64,000 bases of DNA. It comes from an uncultured Acidimicrobiales bacterium (GTDB lineage Bacteria > Actinomycetota > Acidimicrobiia > Acidimicrobiales > SZUA-35). Made by a program: the position numbers and the translations under genes. Shown here piece by piece: positions 8,738 through 19,795 of this stretch. Every line of letters starts with the position of its first letter. The first letter of the stretch is position 1. Under the pieces are notes generated by a model. It did not search any database and was not told the DNA's origin. It saw nothing but the letters and a program-made list of their open reading frames with translations. The stretch is from the NCBI GenBank assembly GCA_963793385.1, contig CAWCAF010000016.1:33164-97163 (forward strand). The letters are read 5' to 3'.

Positions 8738-10120
8738 TCAAACCTCGACCAACGACCGCTCGTCTGGTGCTTCCTCGGTCAGGTCAATCGTCGGGATGTC
8801 CACGCTGTCGACCAGCCCGTCGCGGCGCCGTTCGTAGATCTGGTAGACACCTGCGATAGCCGTCAGCACGGCGATGACATACACCGACCGCGGAACCCGT
8901 ATGAACACTTCGACCAAGTCGTTGGTACCGAAGTCGGTCTCGAAGAGCCGCTCGATCATCCAGACCGAGGCGACAAGAGCCAGCACTACGGAACCGATCG
9001 TGAGCACCCACCGGTAGAGGACGGTATTCCGGAGAAGATACAGCAGTCCGAACATCACCAAGATCACCCCCACCTGACCGACCTCGATGCCCACATTGCG
9101 GCCGAGGAGGGAGACGAGTTGGGTCCGCCGGTCCACCTCGAGACCCGACACCAGTGATGCGAAGCCCATGCCATGGAAGAGGCCGAAGCCGAAGGCGATG
9201 ATCCATTCCTTGTTGGGGAAGATCGGCCGTAGGTTGTGTAACGCTGCGGCTGCGATCGACAGGGCAATGATCGTTTCGGTGACCTTGGCCGACGGCAGAG
9301 GCAGGATGTCGAGACCGGCAAGGGTGAACGTGATCGAGTGTGCGACCGTGAACATCGTGGCGATCTTCAGGATGCGCCACAGCGAGCGCCCGAAGCTGTC
9401 GGCAGGCTTCCAGCCGCCGAGGCTGAAGACCAGCACGCTGGGCAGGAGCAGAACGCAGATGAACAGGATGTGGTCGGGTCCGGTTCGGATGTGGTCCAGA
9501 CCCAGGGAGAAACTGGCTGTGAAGTTCTTCCAACCGCTCGGCTCGCCCAGGTCGATGGTCTGGCGGGGCGCATCGCTGTTGAAGGTGAAGAACCCGTCCT
9601 GTCCCTCACCGTTGTCGTAGATGCCCGCTTTCCAGTCGTTCTGGACGAGGAGCAGGGCGTTGTTGTCGTCGCTCAGTTCGAAGAACGGGTCGAACGTGAC
9701 GTCGAGTACCCGGGGTACCGTCCCTGTGGTGATCTCAGCGGTGTAGGGGATGATGACGTAGTTGATCTCCTCGTTGGGGTTGTCCTCGAAGAGGAACTCG
9801 ACATCGCCGAAGGTCAGTTCGTAGTTCTGACCCTCACCCCTGATGTCCAGGTGTTCGTCGGCATAGAAGCGCAGGTCCTCGACACGACCGACGAGCTCGG
9901 CCACATTCTCCTCCTCCGAGCCGTCCAGCCTGAATCCCAGCGCTTCCCTGAGATCGCCGAAGGGATAGTCGACTCGTCCGTTGAGGGACGTCTCGGTCAC
10001 GTTGACGTAGACGTAGCTGTCTTCGGCATTGTGGGCCGAGGCGACGCCGGTGAATGCAAAGCCAACCGACGCCAAGACCACCATCACCGCACTGAACACC
10101 AAGAACGACTTCTTCATCAT
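8738..10120 (-). CDS. HupE/UreJ-type membrane protein with signal peptide and large N-terminal extracytoplasmic domain
   Basis: Intact 460-aa ORF. It has a signal peptide 'MMKKSFLVFSAVMVVLASVGFAFTGVASA' and a ~200-aa acidic soluble domain. The polytopic C-terminus carries 'GLDHIRTGPDHILFICVLLL' and 'FGLFHGMGFA'. Confidence 0.7.
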   Translation of the reverse strand: MMKKSFLVFSAVMVVLASVGFAFTGVASAHNAEDSYVYVNVTETSLNGRVDYPFGDLREALGFRLDGSEEENVAELVGRVEDLRFYADEHLDIRGEGQNYELTFGDVEFLFEDNPNEEINYVIIPYTAEITTGTVPRVLDVTFDPFFELSDDNNALLLVQNDWKAGIYDNGEGQDGFFTFNSDAPRQTIDLGEPSGWKNFTASFSLGLDHIRTGPDHILFICVLLLPSVLVFSLGGWKPADSFGRSLWRILKIATMFTVAHSITFTLAGLDILPLPSAKVTETIIALSIAAAALHNLRPIFPNKEWIIAFGFGLFHGMGFASLVSGLEVDRRTQLVSLLGRNVGIEVGQVGVILVMFGLLYLLRNTVLYRWVLTIGSVVLALVASVWMIERLFETDFGTNDLVEVFIRVPRSVYVIAVLTAIAGVYQIYERRRDGLVDSVDIPTIDLTEEAPDERSLVEV

Positions 10121-10307
10121 TTCCTACCTCGCCGGGGGCTCGCGGACTTTCACCTATGCGTACGCACCTATCCGTAGCGCGGATGCATCCAAAATGCTAA
10201 GGCGAACGAAGTATTGCCCACAGGATGGTTCCATCGACCTAAGGAGAAATCGGAGGACAGGTGGTTGGATACCTTGATACGGAGTAATGGGACGGTGATG
10301 CCATCCC

Positions 10308-13300
10308 ATGCAGGAGAGACGAGAACGCGTGACCAGCACGGTGCACACAACTCAGGTTCGCCTCCAAAGGCTATGGGAGCTGAGCCCTATGCAGCGAGTC
10401 CTGTGGGCCTCGCAGCTGCGCCATCCGGACTCGCCGCATCAGAACATGGCCTTGCTGTCGCGGGTCCACGGGGAGGTCGACGGTAACCGTTTGGCCAAGG
10501 CCTTCGCCGCCGTCGTCGCCGCATCGGACGTTCTCCGGACCACGATCATCGATACCGAAGATGGACCCGTGGTCTCGCTGAGCGCCGCACCGGCCACAAC
10601 CGAGATCCTCTCGATGACGGTGGCTGACGCGATCGAGTGGGCCCGGGAGCGGGTTCGCCTCAGCCGCTCGACATGACCAAAGCCGCGTACGACAGCGTGA
10701 TCATCCAACACCCCGACGGAACGACATCGTGGTACCTGAACCTCCATCACGTCGTCACCGACGCCACCGCGTCGTCATCGGTCTTTGCGGCCACCGCTGC
10801 CGCCTACCACGGTGACACCCCCGAGATCCCGTCGTACTACTCGTGGTCTGCCGAATCTCGAACGTGCGACGGACCGCCGAACCGACGTGGCGACGCGCCA
10901 ACTGGGCGAGCCGCCAACGAGCCCCGAAAGTCGGTCGGCTCTACGAATCGGTCGGCACGCCCGATCCGGCCAGCCGGCGCCTGCAGCTGGACGTCGAAGA
11001 TGAGCTTCGGTCCAAGATCACCCAACGGCTGGAATCGGACTATCGCGCTCTGACCGATGATCTCGCATGGACGTCGCTGCTGATCACGACGACGGCGCTC
11101 TACCTGAACCGGGTCACCGGAGCCGAACAGGTTGCGATCGGCCTCCCTGTGCACAATCGCTCGGGTCTGGATCGAGTTCCTGTTCGGCCCGGTCATGGAA
11201 GTCTTCCCGGTCGATGTCACCATCGCCGCTGCCGACACGTTCCGCTCGCTGCACAAGCGGGTGTCGCGGGCGGTGGTTCACACGATCCGCCACGCACGAC
11301 CGGGAACCGCACCCGCCGCGACCGATATCGAAACGGTCGTCAACGTCATTCCTCGAGGAGGGATCGGCGCCTTCGGCACACACGAGGTGACAACCGACTG
11401 GGTTCACTCGGGCACGACCGACTCCGCTCATCTTCTCCGCGTCCAACTCACCACGTACGCAGACGACCAATCATCGCTGGCGCTCGACATCAACAACGCA
11501 GCCGCAACCGACGATCAGGCCGGTCGTGCTGCCCATCACTACGTGTCGGCCCTGACCGCCCTGGTGACCGACCCCGACCGTCCCGATCGGCACGGATCCG
11601 CTCATCACCCCCGAAGAGGCCTCAGCACTGGTCGAGTGGGGCGACCGGTCCTCCGAGGCGCTGGAGTCGCCGCTCCTTCCGGATCGGCTCTTCGCCGAAC
11701 TCGCCGGGCACCGCGCTGTGTCGGTTCAGGGCGACCGATCGCTCACCGGCGCACAATTGATGGCCGAGGTTCGTCGGGTCGGATCATGGCTCCGCCGCGT
11801 TCACGGCATCGGACCCGGCCGGCGGGTCGCGGTCCAGATGCCACGCAGCGTAGACGCCGTCGTGGCGATCCTTTCCACCTGGTGGGCCGGTGGATCCTAC
11901 GTCCCCATCGACGTCGCCCAGCCGGCAGGCCGCCGTCAGCAACTCATCGAACGGGCGGCCTGCGCACCGGTGCTGACCGAGCTTCCTTCCGAAGAGGCCG
12001 CACCGCCGGCACCCGATGCGGTCTCGACTCCGGTCACAGAGGCCGACGAGGCCTACCTGCTGTACACGTCGGGCTCGACCGGCGAACCCAAGGGCGTGCC
12101 CATCACTCACCGTGGCGTGGCCGACTACCTCGAATTCGCCAGGATCCACTACCTCCGTTCCGGCGAGAAACCGATCGTCCGCGCTGTTCAGCGCGCTCAC
12201 TTTCGACCTGACCGTGACCAGCCTCTTCCTGCCACTGCTCACCGGCGGCAAGCTGATCGTCGTCGAGGACGAGGGCGTGCCGGGGCTGCGCCAGATCGCC
12301 GAGACCCCCGAGATCACCTGGGCCAAGGCCACACCCTCCCATCTCGAACTGCTCGTGCACATGCTCGCCGCCCGACCATCGACTCGACACGCTCGTCGTC
12401 GGTGGCGAAGCGTTCGGTTCGCGGCTGGCTTCCCAGCTGTGGGAGAAGCGACCAGACCTCCGCATCTTCAACGAGTACGGCCCAACCGAGGCGGTCGTCG
12501 GCTGTATGATCCACCAAGCCTCTCCTTCCGAATCATGGGCTGATGTTCCGATCGGGCGACCCGCTCCCGGGGTCGAACTCCGCGTTCTCGACGTTCACCA
12601 GCAACCGGTGCCCCTCGGTTCGCCCGGCGAGCTGTATATCTCCCACAGAGGGATCACGCCCGGCTACCTCGGGGTCGGTACCGGCGCCCCGATCCTGACC
12701 GACGATCCTGAGGCCCCGTTCGTCCACCTCGACGGTCGGCGGTTCTACCGATCAGGCGACCTCGTACGGTTCGTGTGCCCTCGGACCCTGACCTATCTGG
12801 GCCGAGCCGATGAACAGATCAAGGTCGGCGGCATCCGTCTCGACCCGACCGAGGTGGAACGCCAGCTCGAGGCACATCCGGCCGTGTCGAGGGCAGCGGT
12901 CCGATTGTGGAGACCACGCTTCGACACAGCCCGAGCAGAATTGCGTCAGGTGCGGACTGCCGTCGAATGTGCCCGCTATCCAATTCGACGATCGGTGGGG
13001 TGTGCAGCACCTGCCATGAGTACGACAGGATCAAGGTCCACGCAGAGGACTACTTCAAGAACCTCGACGACCTCGGTGTCGAGTTGGAGCGGGCACGGGC
13101 TCAACGTGCTGGTCGCTACGACTGCCTCCATCTACTGAGCGGGGGCAAGGACTCGACCTACGCTCTCTACAAACTGGTCGAGCTCGGCTTCGAGGTGTAC
13201 GCCGTCACCTTCGACAACGGATTCATCTCCGAGGGAGCAAAGGAGAACGTACGCAAGAGCGTTGCCGACCTCGGCGTGGACCATGAGTTCATCACCTCCG

Positions 13301-16300
13301 AGGTCATGAACGCCATCTTCGCCGACAGCTTGGCACGCCACTCCAACGTCTGCCACGGCTGCTACAAGACGATCTACACCACCGCCACCACCAGAGCCGA
13401 CGAACTCGGTATCCCGATGATCGTCACCGGCCTCTCACGCGGGCAGCTGTTCGAAACCCGTCTCATCCCCCAGCAGTTCACGGATGACCGATTCGATCCT
13501 GACGCGATCGATCGAGCCGTCCTGCAGGCCAGGAGGGTCTATCACCGGGTCGACGACGGCCCGAACCGACTGCTGGACACCGGCGTGTTCGACAGCGACG
13601 ACATCTTCGACCGAATTCGTTACGTCGACTTCTATCGGTACGTCGACGTTGCGCTGAGCGAGATGTACCGGTTCCTCGACACCCAGGCGCCATGGCTGCG
13701 ACCCGACGACACCGGGCGTTCGACCAACTGCCTGATCAACGCCGCCGGTATCTACACCCACCAGTTGGAGCAGGGCTACCACAACTACGCCGAACCGTAC
13801 GCGTGGGATGTGCGCCTCGGGCACAAGACACGCGACGAGGCGATCGCCGAACTCGACGACCAGCTCGATGTCGACGACGTCAAACGAATGCTGACCGCGG
13901 TGGGGTACGAACCGAATCCACGGGAGGTCCTCGCTGCGTGGATCGAAACCGTCGGAGGTGCTGAAGCGCCCTCGCCAGCCGAGCTCCGGACCTGGCTCGT
14001 ACACGGGTCCCGTCGCACGCCGTCCCGTCGGCCTACATGATCGTCGACGCACTCCCAGTGACTTCCAACGGCAAACTCGACACCGCGAAGCTGCCACCGC
14101 CCGACCTCGTGCACCGCACCACCTCGAACCTTCACGTCAGCGCAGCCACCGAGCTGGAGGCAGCGATCGTCCGGGTGTGGGAGCGAGTCCTGGGCCTCGA
14201 ACCGATCGGCGTCACCGACGACTTCTTCGAACTCGGTGGCGACTCGCTGGCAGCATTGCAGTCGATCGTCCTGCTGAGCGATGCGATCGGACAGACCCTC
14301 CGCGAGGAGCTCGATCTTCGGGAACCGGACACCCCGAGCACTGCGCAGCGGCGATCGAGGCGGAAGACGACCGTCGAAACAGAACCGTCGACGGTCGGAG
14401 AGTCCGAGCAGCATCGAGCCGCCGCCATTGACACCCGGGCGAGGGTCGATGCTGTTCGATTGGCTGAACGATCCCGACTCGTCACGCAACAATGTCGGCC
14501 GCGCCTACGAGATCGATGGCTCGCTCGATCCCGAACGACTGGAGCGGGCCGTCACCGCCCTCGTCGAACGCCACGAGATCCTTCGCACCTCGATGGTGGA
14601 ACCACGGCGGGTCGTCACCGCTGCCGATGCGGTCGCATTCGACGTGGCCCCCTCGTGCTCGATCAGCGAACGTTTCGGGCTCAGGCCCACGAACACTTCC
14701 TGAAGCCCTTCGACCTCGACAACGGACCGTTCGTGCGAGTGCGCATGACCCCCATCGACGGCCTGAACCGGACCGGACTGCTGATTGCAGTGCACCATTC
14801 GATGATCGACGAGAGCGGCTTCGACACGCTCTTCACCGATCTCGCAACCCTGTACGAGGGGGGCCGACCGAGCCCACCCTCCATGACGCCATCGACGTTT
14901 CGCCGACGAGCTGATCCGGTGGTCGGACAACCCGACCGACCGCGCCTACTGGCTCTCGCACGCCCAGTCGGCGCCGGTCAGCACTCCGCGGTGGATCTCC
15001 ACGTCATCGGAGGCGGACGGCTTCATCGAACGTGCCGCCTCGTTCGGCATCGACACCCTGGATCGTGCCGCCGGGGTCGGGCCGGGTAGCGCTCGCTCTG
15101 GCGGCGGTCAGCCGTGTCGTGCGTCGCCGATCAGACGGTGATCGGATCGAGGTCGGGATCACGGCGTCGATCCGTCCGAGCTCGAGCTCGGAGATCTGAC
15201 GGGTTATGCGCTCAACGTCGTTCCGGTGGTGTGCACGACCGAAACCGACGGATCGCTGGCCCAGGTCGCCCGCGCGGTTTCGACGACACTGACCGACGCT
15301 CTGGCTCACCGCCAGTACCCGCTGGCATCCATCGTGCGGGACCGACGCCAGGAGGGCCTGCTCCGTGCCCGGCCTCAACGTGATGCTCGCCTACGGCGAA
15401 CTCTCACCGGTCTCGATCGACGGCCACAAAGGCGCCCACCGTGTCCTGGCCCCTGCAGATGCAGCCACCGACGTCACCTTCTTCGTGCAGGTCCGCGGCG
15501 AAGAGGTGAATCTGGGTCTCGAATACAGGGGAACGTCGCTGGGGCAGGTTGAAGCCCAGGCCATGCTCGGCGAATTCGAGACCGAATTGGCCGGTGCCGC
15601 TACATCCGATCCGTCGGCAATTCTCGACCCTGTCGCGTTGGCCACCGACGGCGACACTCTCTGCGAGTTCACCGATGGAGCCTCGACTTCTCGACGAGAT
15701 CGTCGTCGAACACGCCCGAGCGCAGCCCGACGCCCCGGCGGTGACCGCCGCCGACGTGACGATCAGCTACGGCGAGCTGGATCGTCGGGCCGAAGCCGTC
15801 GCCGAGGTGCTGGACCGGCACGCGAATGGGTCCCGGCTCGCTTGTGGGCGTGCTGGCGTCGCGTGACCCGGAAACGGTCGTGGGAATCCTCGGGATCCTC
15901 AAGGCTGGGGCCGCCTACGTGCCGATCGATCCCGACTACCCACTCGACCGCATCGCCCACATGGTGGCCGACTCGGGGATCGACACCGATCGTCAGTCGC
16001 GGCGAGACGAGCGAGGCGGTTCCCGATGGCGTCTCGACGTCGTGCATCTAGGGCCCAATCCTCGGACCCGACCAGTCGATCATCGGGACGGACCGCCATG
16101 CGCTCGCCCGCGGGATCTCGCCTACGTGATCTACACCTCGGGTTCGACCGGGCGCCCCAAAGGGGTGCAGGTCAGCCACGCCAACATCTCGTTCTCCACG
16201 ATGGCTCGACCGCAGGTGTACGACCACAACCCGGATGCGTTTTCTCCTGCTCAGCTCGTTCGCCTTCGACTCGTCGATGGTGGGGTTGTGGTGGTCACTG

Positions 16301-18281
16301 TGCACCGGCGGCACGATCGTGCTTCCCGAGGAAGGCCGACACTCCGACGTGCACCACATCGCCGAGCTCATCGAGTCCCGCCGAGTGACCCATGTGCTGG
16401 CGATCCCGTCGCTCTATGCGGTGCTTCTCGGACGAGGTCGACCCTGCGCAGCTGCGTTCACTCAACACCGCCATCGTCGCCGGTGAAGCCTGCCCGCCCA
16501 ATCTGGTCAGGTCCCACTTCAGCACACTCCCCGATACCGAACTCCACAACGAGTACGGACCGACAGAGACGACCGTCTGGAGCCACCATCACCGGTTCGG
16601 TCCGGATCACTCGATCGATCAGCCGATCCCGATCGGAGACGCGATCCCCGGCGTTGTGGACAGGGTCCTCGATGCCGAGCGGCAACCGGTGGAGGTGGGT
16701 GGAACCGGCGAGCTCTACATCGGCGGACCGGGCGTCAGCGCCGGCTACCTCGGTCAGCCCGAGCTGACCGCCGAGCGGTTCGTGGTCCTCGACAGCGGCG
16801 GCCAGACGTTCTACCGAACCGGCGACCTCGTCCGCCGCCTCGACGTTACGACGCTCGAGTTCGTCGGACGGGTCGACGAACAGGTGAAGATACGTGGGTT
16901 CCGGATTGAACTCGGCGAGATCGAGGCGGCCCTGCTCACCGATTCCCGTCTCCGGGCGGCCGCGGTCGGCACCGTTGAGACGCCTGACGGACTCCGCCTG
17001 GCAGCGTGGTACCGACCGGTCGACCGAGCCGCCGTGACGAGCGATTCGTTGCGATCGCAGCTCAGATCCTCCCTCCCCGAACCCATGATTCCGTCGTTCT
17101 ACATCGAGGTCGACGAGATGCCATTGACCCCCAACGGCAAGGTCGACCGATCAGCCCTACCCGAACCCGTGATCAAGCGACGCGCCACGGCCCCACCCCC
17201 GGGTCCACTGTCCGGCACCGAACAGCAAATGCTGGGACTCTGGCGAGAAGTGATGGACGATCCCACCCTGGGCCCCGATGACGACTTCTTCGATCGAGGG
17301 GGCCACTCCATCATGGCGGTGCGCCTCGTGAGTCGGATCAGACGCGATCTCGGCTTCGCAGTGCCGCCCGCTCAGCTGCTCCGATCGGGAACGGTGCGGT
17401 CGTTGATGTCCGTCCTGGCGGTGGCGTCGCCGGATGAAAAGTCGGTCCAGGCGGTCAATGCCGTGTATCGCCACATCGTTCCGATGCTCGATCCGGACAC
17501 CGCCCTGCCCAACATCTTCGTGATCCACGGCGCTGGCGGCGACGTGTTGAATTTTCGAGTCCTCGCCAAACATCTGAGGGGGCTGGCCAACGTGATCGGA
17601 GTGCAGGCCGCCGGTGTCGATGGGGTCTCCGAACTCCATATGTCGAGGGAGGACATGGTCCGTGACTACCTCAGGGAGATCCAGGCATTTCAGCCACAGG
17701 GGCCGTACTTCGTCGCCGGGTCCTCCATCGGCGGGCTGATCGCAATCGAACTGGCCCGGTCGATTCAGGACGCCGGCCACGTTGTGGATCGGGTGGTCCT
17801 GTTCGATGTCTTTCACCCGTCGGCGCTAGCCCGGACGCTGACGTTCTCCGAGCAGCTGTCGTATCTTCGCGCCGAGGGCGTGGGCTATGCCCTCGAAGAT
17901 CTCTCCTACCAGTGGCAGAAGTACGTCGGCAACAGGTGGAGGGACTACCGACTGAATCGGGCCCGGACAGGAAAGCGAAATCGATCGGACGGGGCGATCC
18001 CTTTCGAGCTCAGGAAGGCGGAGATCACCGAGAACACGGTCCACATCTGGTTCGGGCACACACCGGACCACTACGCCGGTCGGGTGCTGTTGTTGTCCGC
18101 TGACGAAACGTACGATGTGTGGGATCACGTCCCTCGCCATCGCGAATGGGCCGGCCAGGTAGATGAGCTCGATGTGATCCATGTTCCCGGAAACCATGAG
18201 ACGCTGGTCGAGGAGCCGCACGTCGCGGTCCTGGCCCGTCGTCTGAGCGACGCTCTGGTACTGCATGGCGTCGACGGCTGA
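10308..18281 (+). CDS. Non-ribosomal peptide synthetase, C-A(PP-loop insert)-T-C-A-T-TE; heavily frameshifted in this sequence (at least ~15 frame changes)
   Basis: Domains were followed across frames.
- C1: 'LSPMQRVLWASQL' and 'HHVVTDA' (~10744).
- A1: 'LLYTSGSTGEPKG' (~12060), 'NEYGPTE', 'GRADEQIKVGGIRLDPTEVE' (~12800) and 'VPSAYMIVDALPVTSNGKLD' (~14020-14080).
- T1: 'FFELGGDSLAA' (~14225).
- C2: 'HHSMIDES' (~14793).
- A2: 'YTSGSTGRPKG' (~16135), 'NEYGPTETT', 'GRVDEQVKIRGFRIELGEIE' and 'LPLTPNGKVDR'.
- T2: 'FFDRGGHSIMA' (~17290).
- TE: 'IFVIHGAGGD', 'GSSIGG' (~17718), ending at 18281. Confidence 0.9.
12905..13975 (+). other. PP-loop ATP-pyrophosphatase domain (WbpG/PseA N-acetyl-sugar-amidotransferase-like) inserted in NRPS adenylation domain 1 between A8 and A9/A10
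   Basis: 'CVRCGLPSNVPAIQFDD..GVCSTCHEYD' forms a zinc-ribbon-like pair of CxxC motifs. 'RYDCLHLLSGGKDSTYALYKLVELGFEVYAVTFDNGF' holds the SGGKDS PP-loop at 13138-13155. 'HSNVCHGCYKTIY' and 'IPMIVTGLSRGQLFE' follow. A8 lies upstream and A9/A10 downstream. Confidence 0.75.
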
Positions 18282-18331
18282 GTCGGACGCCGACCTAGCC
18301 CCGGCACCCCAACCAAGAGGTCTTCAGCCGC

Positions 18332-19488
18332 TCATCGCCCGGACCCCCGGTCTCGGATGGGTCGATCGACGTGCAGCAGTCGTGCGACGAGATTGCGGGC
18401 GATCTCGGAGGTTCCGGAGTAGGCGAGTCCGCCGATAGCGTCCCGCAGCTCGGCCTCGACGGGACCGGCCGTCGTGTAGCCCTCGGCACCGTGGATCCTC
18501 ATCGAGTCGAGGGCGGAATGGACCGCCGTCTCCGAGGTCTGCAGCTTGGCCAACGCTCCTGCCATCGTCATGGATTCGCCCCGATCGTAGAGTTCTGCAG
18601 CCTTGTAGATCAGGAGACGAGCACTCTCGTGACGCAGTTTCATCTCGGCGATTTTGTGCGAGATTGCCTGGAAACTCCCGATCGGTTTGCCATAGGCGTG
18701 ACGCCGACGGGCTCGATCGACGCTCAGGTTCAGAATCCGCTCGATCGATCCCATCTGAGCGGCATACAGAAAGGCCCGTTCGGCTTCTACAGCGGAGCTG
18801 AAGATGCTGCCGCCGGATCCGGGGAGCCGAGCAGATCATCGGGTCCGGCCGCGCACTCGGTGAAGCGGATCTCGGCCCATGGGCAGCTGTTCATTCCCAT
18901 CTTGGGTTGCGTCGCTCCTACCTCGATTCCGTCACGATCGGATTCGAGGATGAAGCCGGTGATGCCCCAATGCCCCTTGGAAGGGTCGGTCGAGGCAAAG
19001 ACGACGATCACGTCGGCGACGGGCGAGAGGGTGGCCCACGCCTTGGTGCCGTTGATGACGTAGTGACCATCGGCCTGCGGTTGGCGATCGGTCGAGATCG
19101 CACCGGTGTCGGACCCGGCACCGGGTTCGGACATGGCAAAGCAGCCGATCGACGTGCCGGAGCCGAGCGCCGGAAGCCAGCGACGTTTCTGCCGCTCGGA
19201 TCCGGCGGTGATCAGGGCCCGCTGCAAGGCGAACGTCTGTGACGCGAGTGCAAAGACGAATCCGTTGTCGGCGGTGCCCAGGCCGAGGCCTTCGAACGTG
19301 AGCGCTGCTTCGACCGCCGATTCTGCCCGAATCCGCCGATACTCCGGCGGGATCATCGAGCCCTGGACTCCGAATTCGGCGGCAAGGGCCCAGCGACGGG
19401 CATCGAAACCGTCGGTGCCGGAGTCCGCCAACGACGCAGCGGCAAAGTCCGCCGCCGCCATTTTGATCGGATGTCGAAGGTCGAGCAT
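18332..19488 (-). CDS. Acyl-CoA dehydrogenase family protein (~385 aa; one frame break near ~18780)
   Basis: ORF 18787..19488 has 'CFAMSEPGAGSDTGAISTD...YVINGTKAWATL'. ORF 18332..18754 has 'GKPIGSFQAISHKIAEMK...IHGAEGYTT...LRDAIGGLAYSGTSEIARNLVARLL'. Confidence 0.85.
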
Positions 19489-19795
19489 CGCGTCGAGAGC
19501 GAGAGACCTCCCCTGTCGGTTGGATGTCGAAGGCCGAGCATGACGTCATCAGCGACGCCGCCACCTCGTCTCTCCGCTCCTTCGCATCACCTCTCCTTAC
19601 GCCCGGCGCCCGCGAGCGGATTCACATGTGCTCGCACCAGTGAACCAGTGACTCGGCTCGGCAATCGGGAGGAAGAACGACCCGACGACCAGGGTAGAAG
19701 CGCCCCTGTGCAGCGAGCGCACGCTTCGTACTCTCGCGCACCAGGGCGGATCGTGCATCCGTGGCCGCTATTCGCCGTAGTACCCTGCTGCCACC

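Noticed and set aside
10121-10307. Possible cobalamin or metal riboswitch in the 5' leader of the HupE-type gene. The minus strand contains 'GGTGAAAGTCC' just upstream of the start, and there is a small hairpin ATGGGA-N11-TCCCAT at 10287-10309.
   Set aside because: Only a short fragment resembles the B12-riboswitch core. There is no B12 box ('GCCACTG'-like) and no room for the ~200-nt fold before the ATG. It is treated as an ordinary, somewhat AT-richer divergent promoter region.
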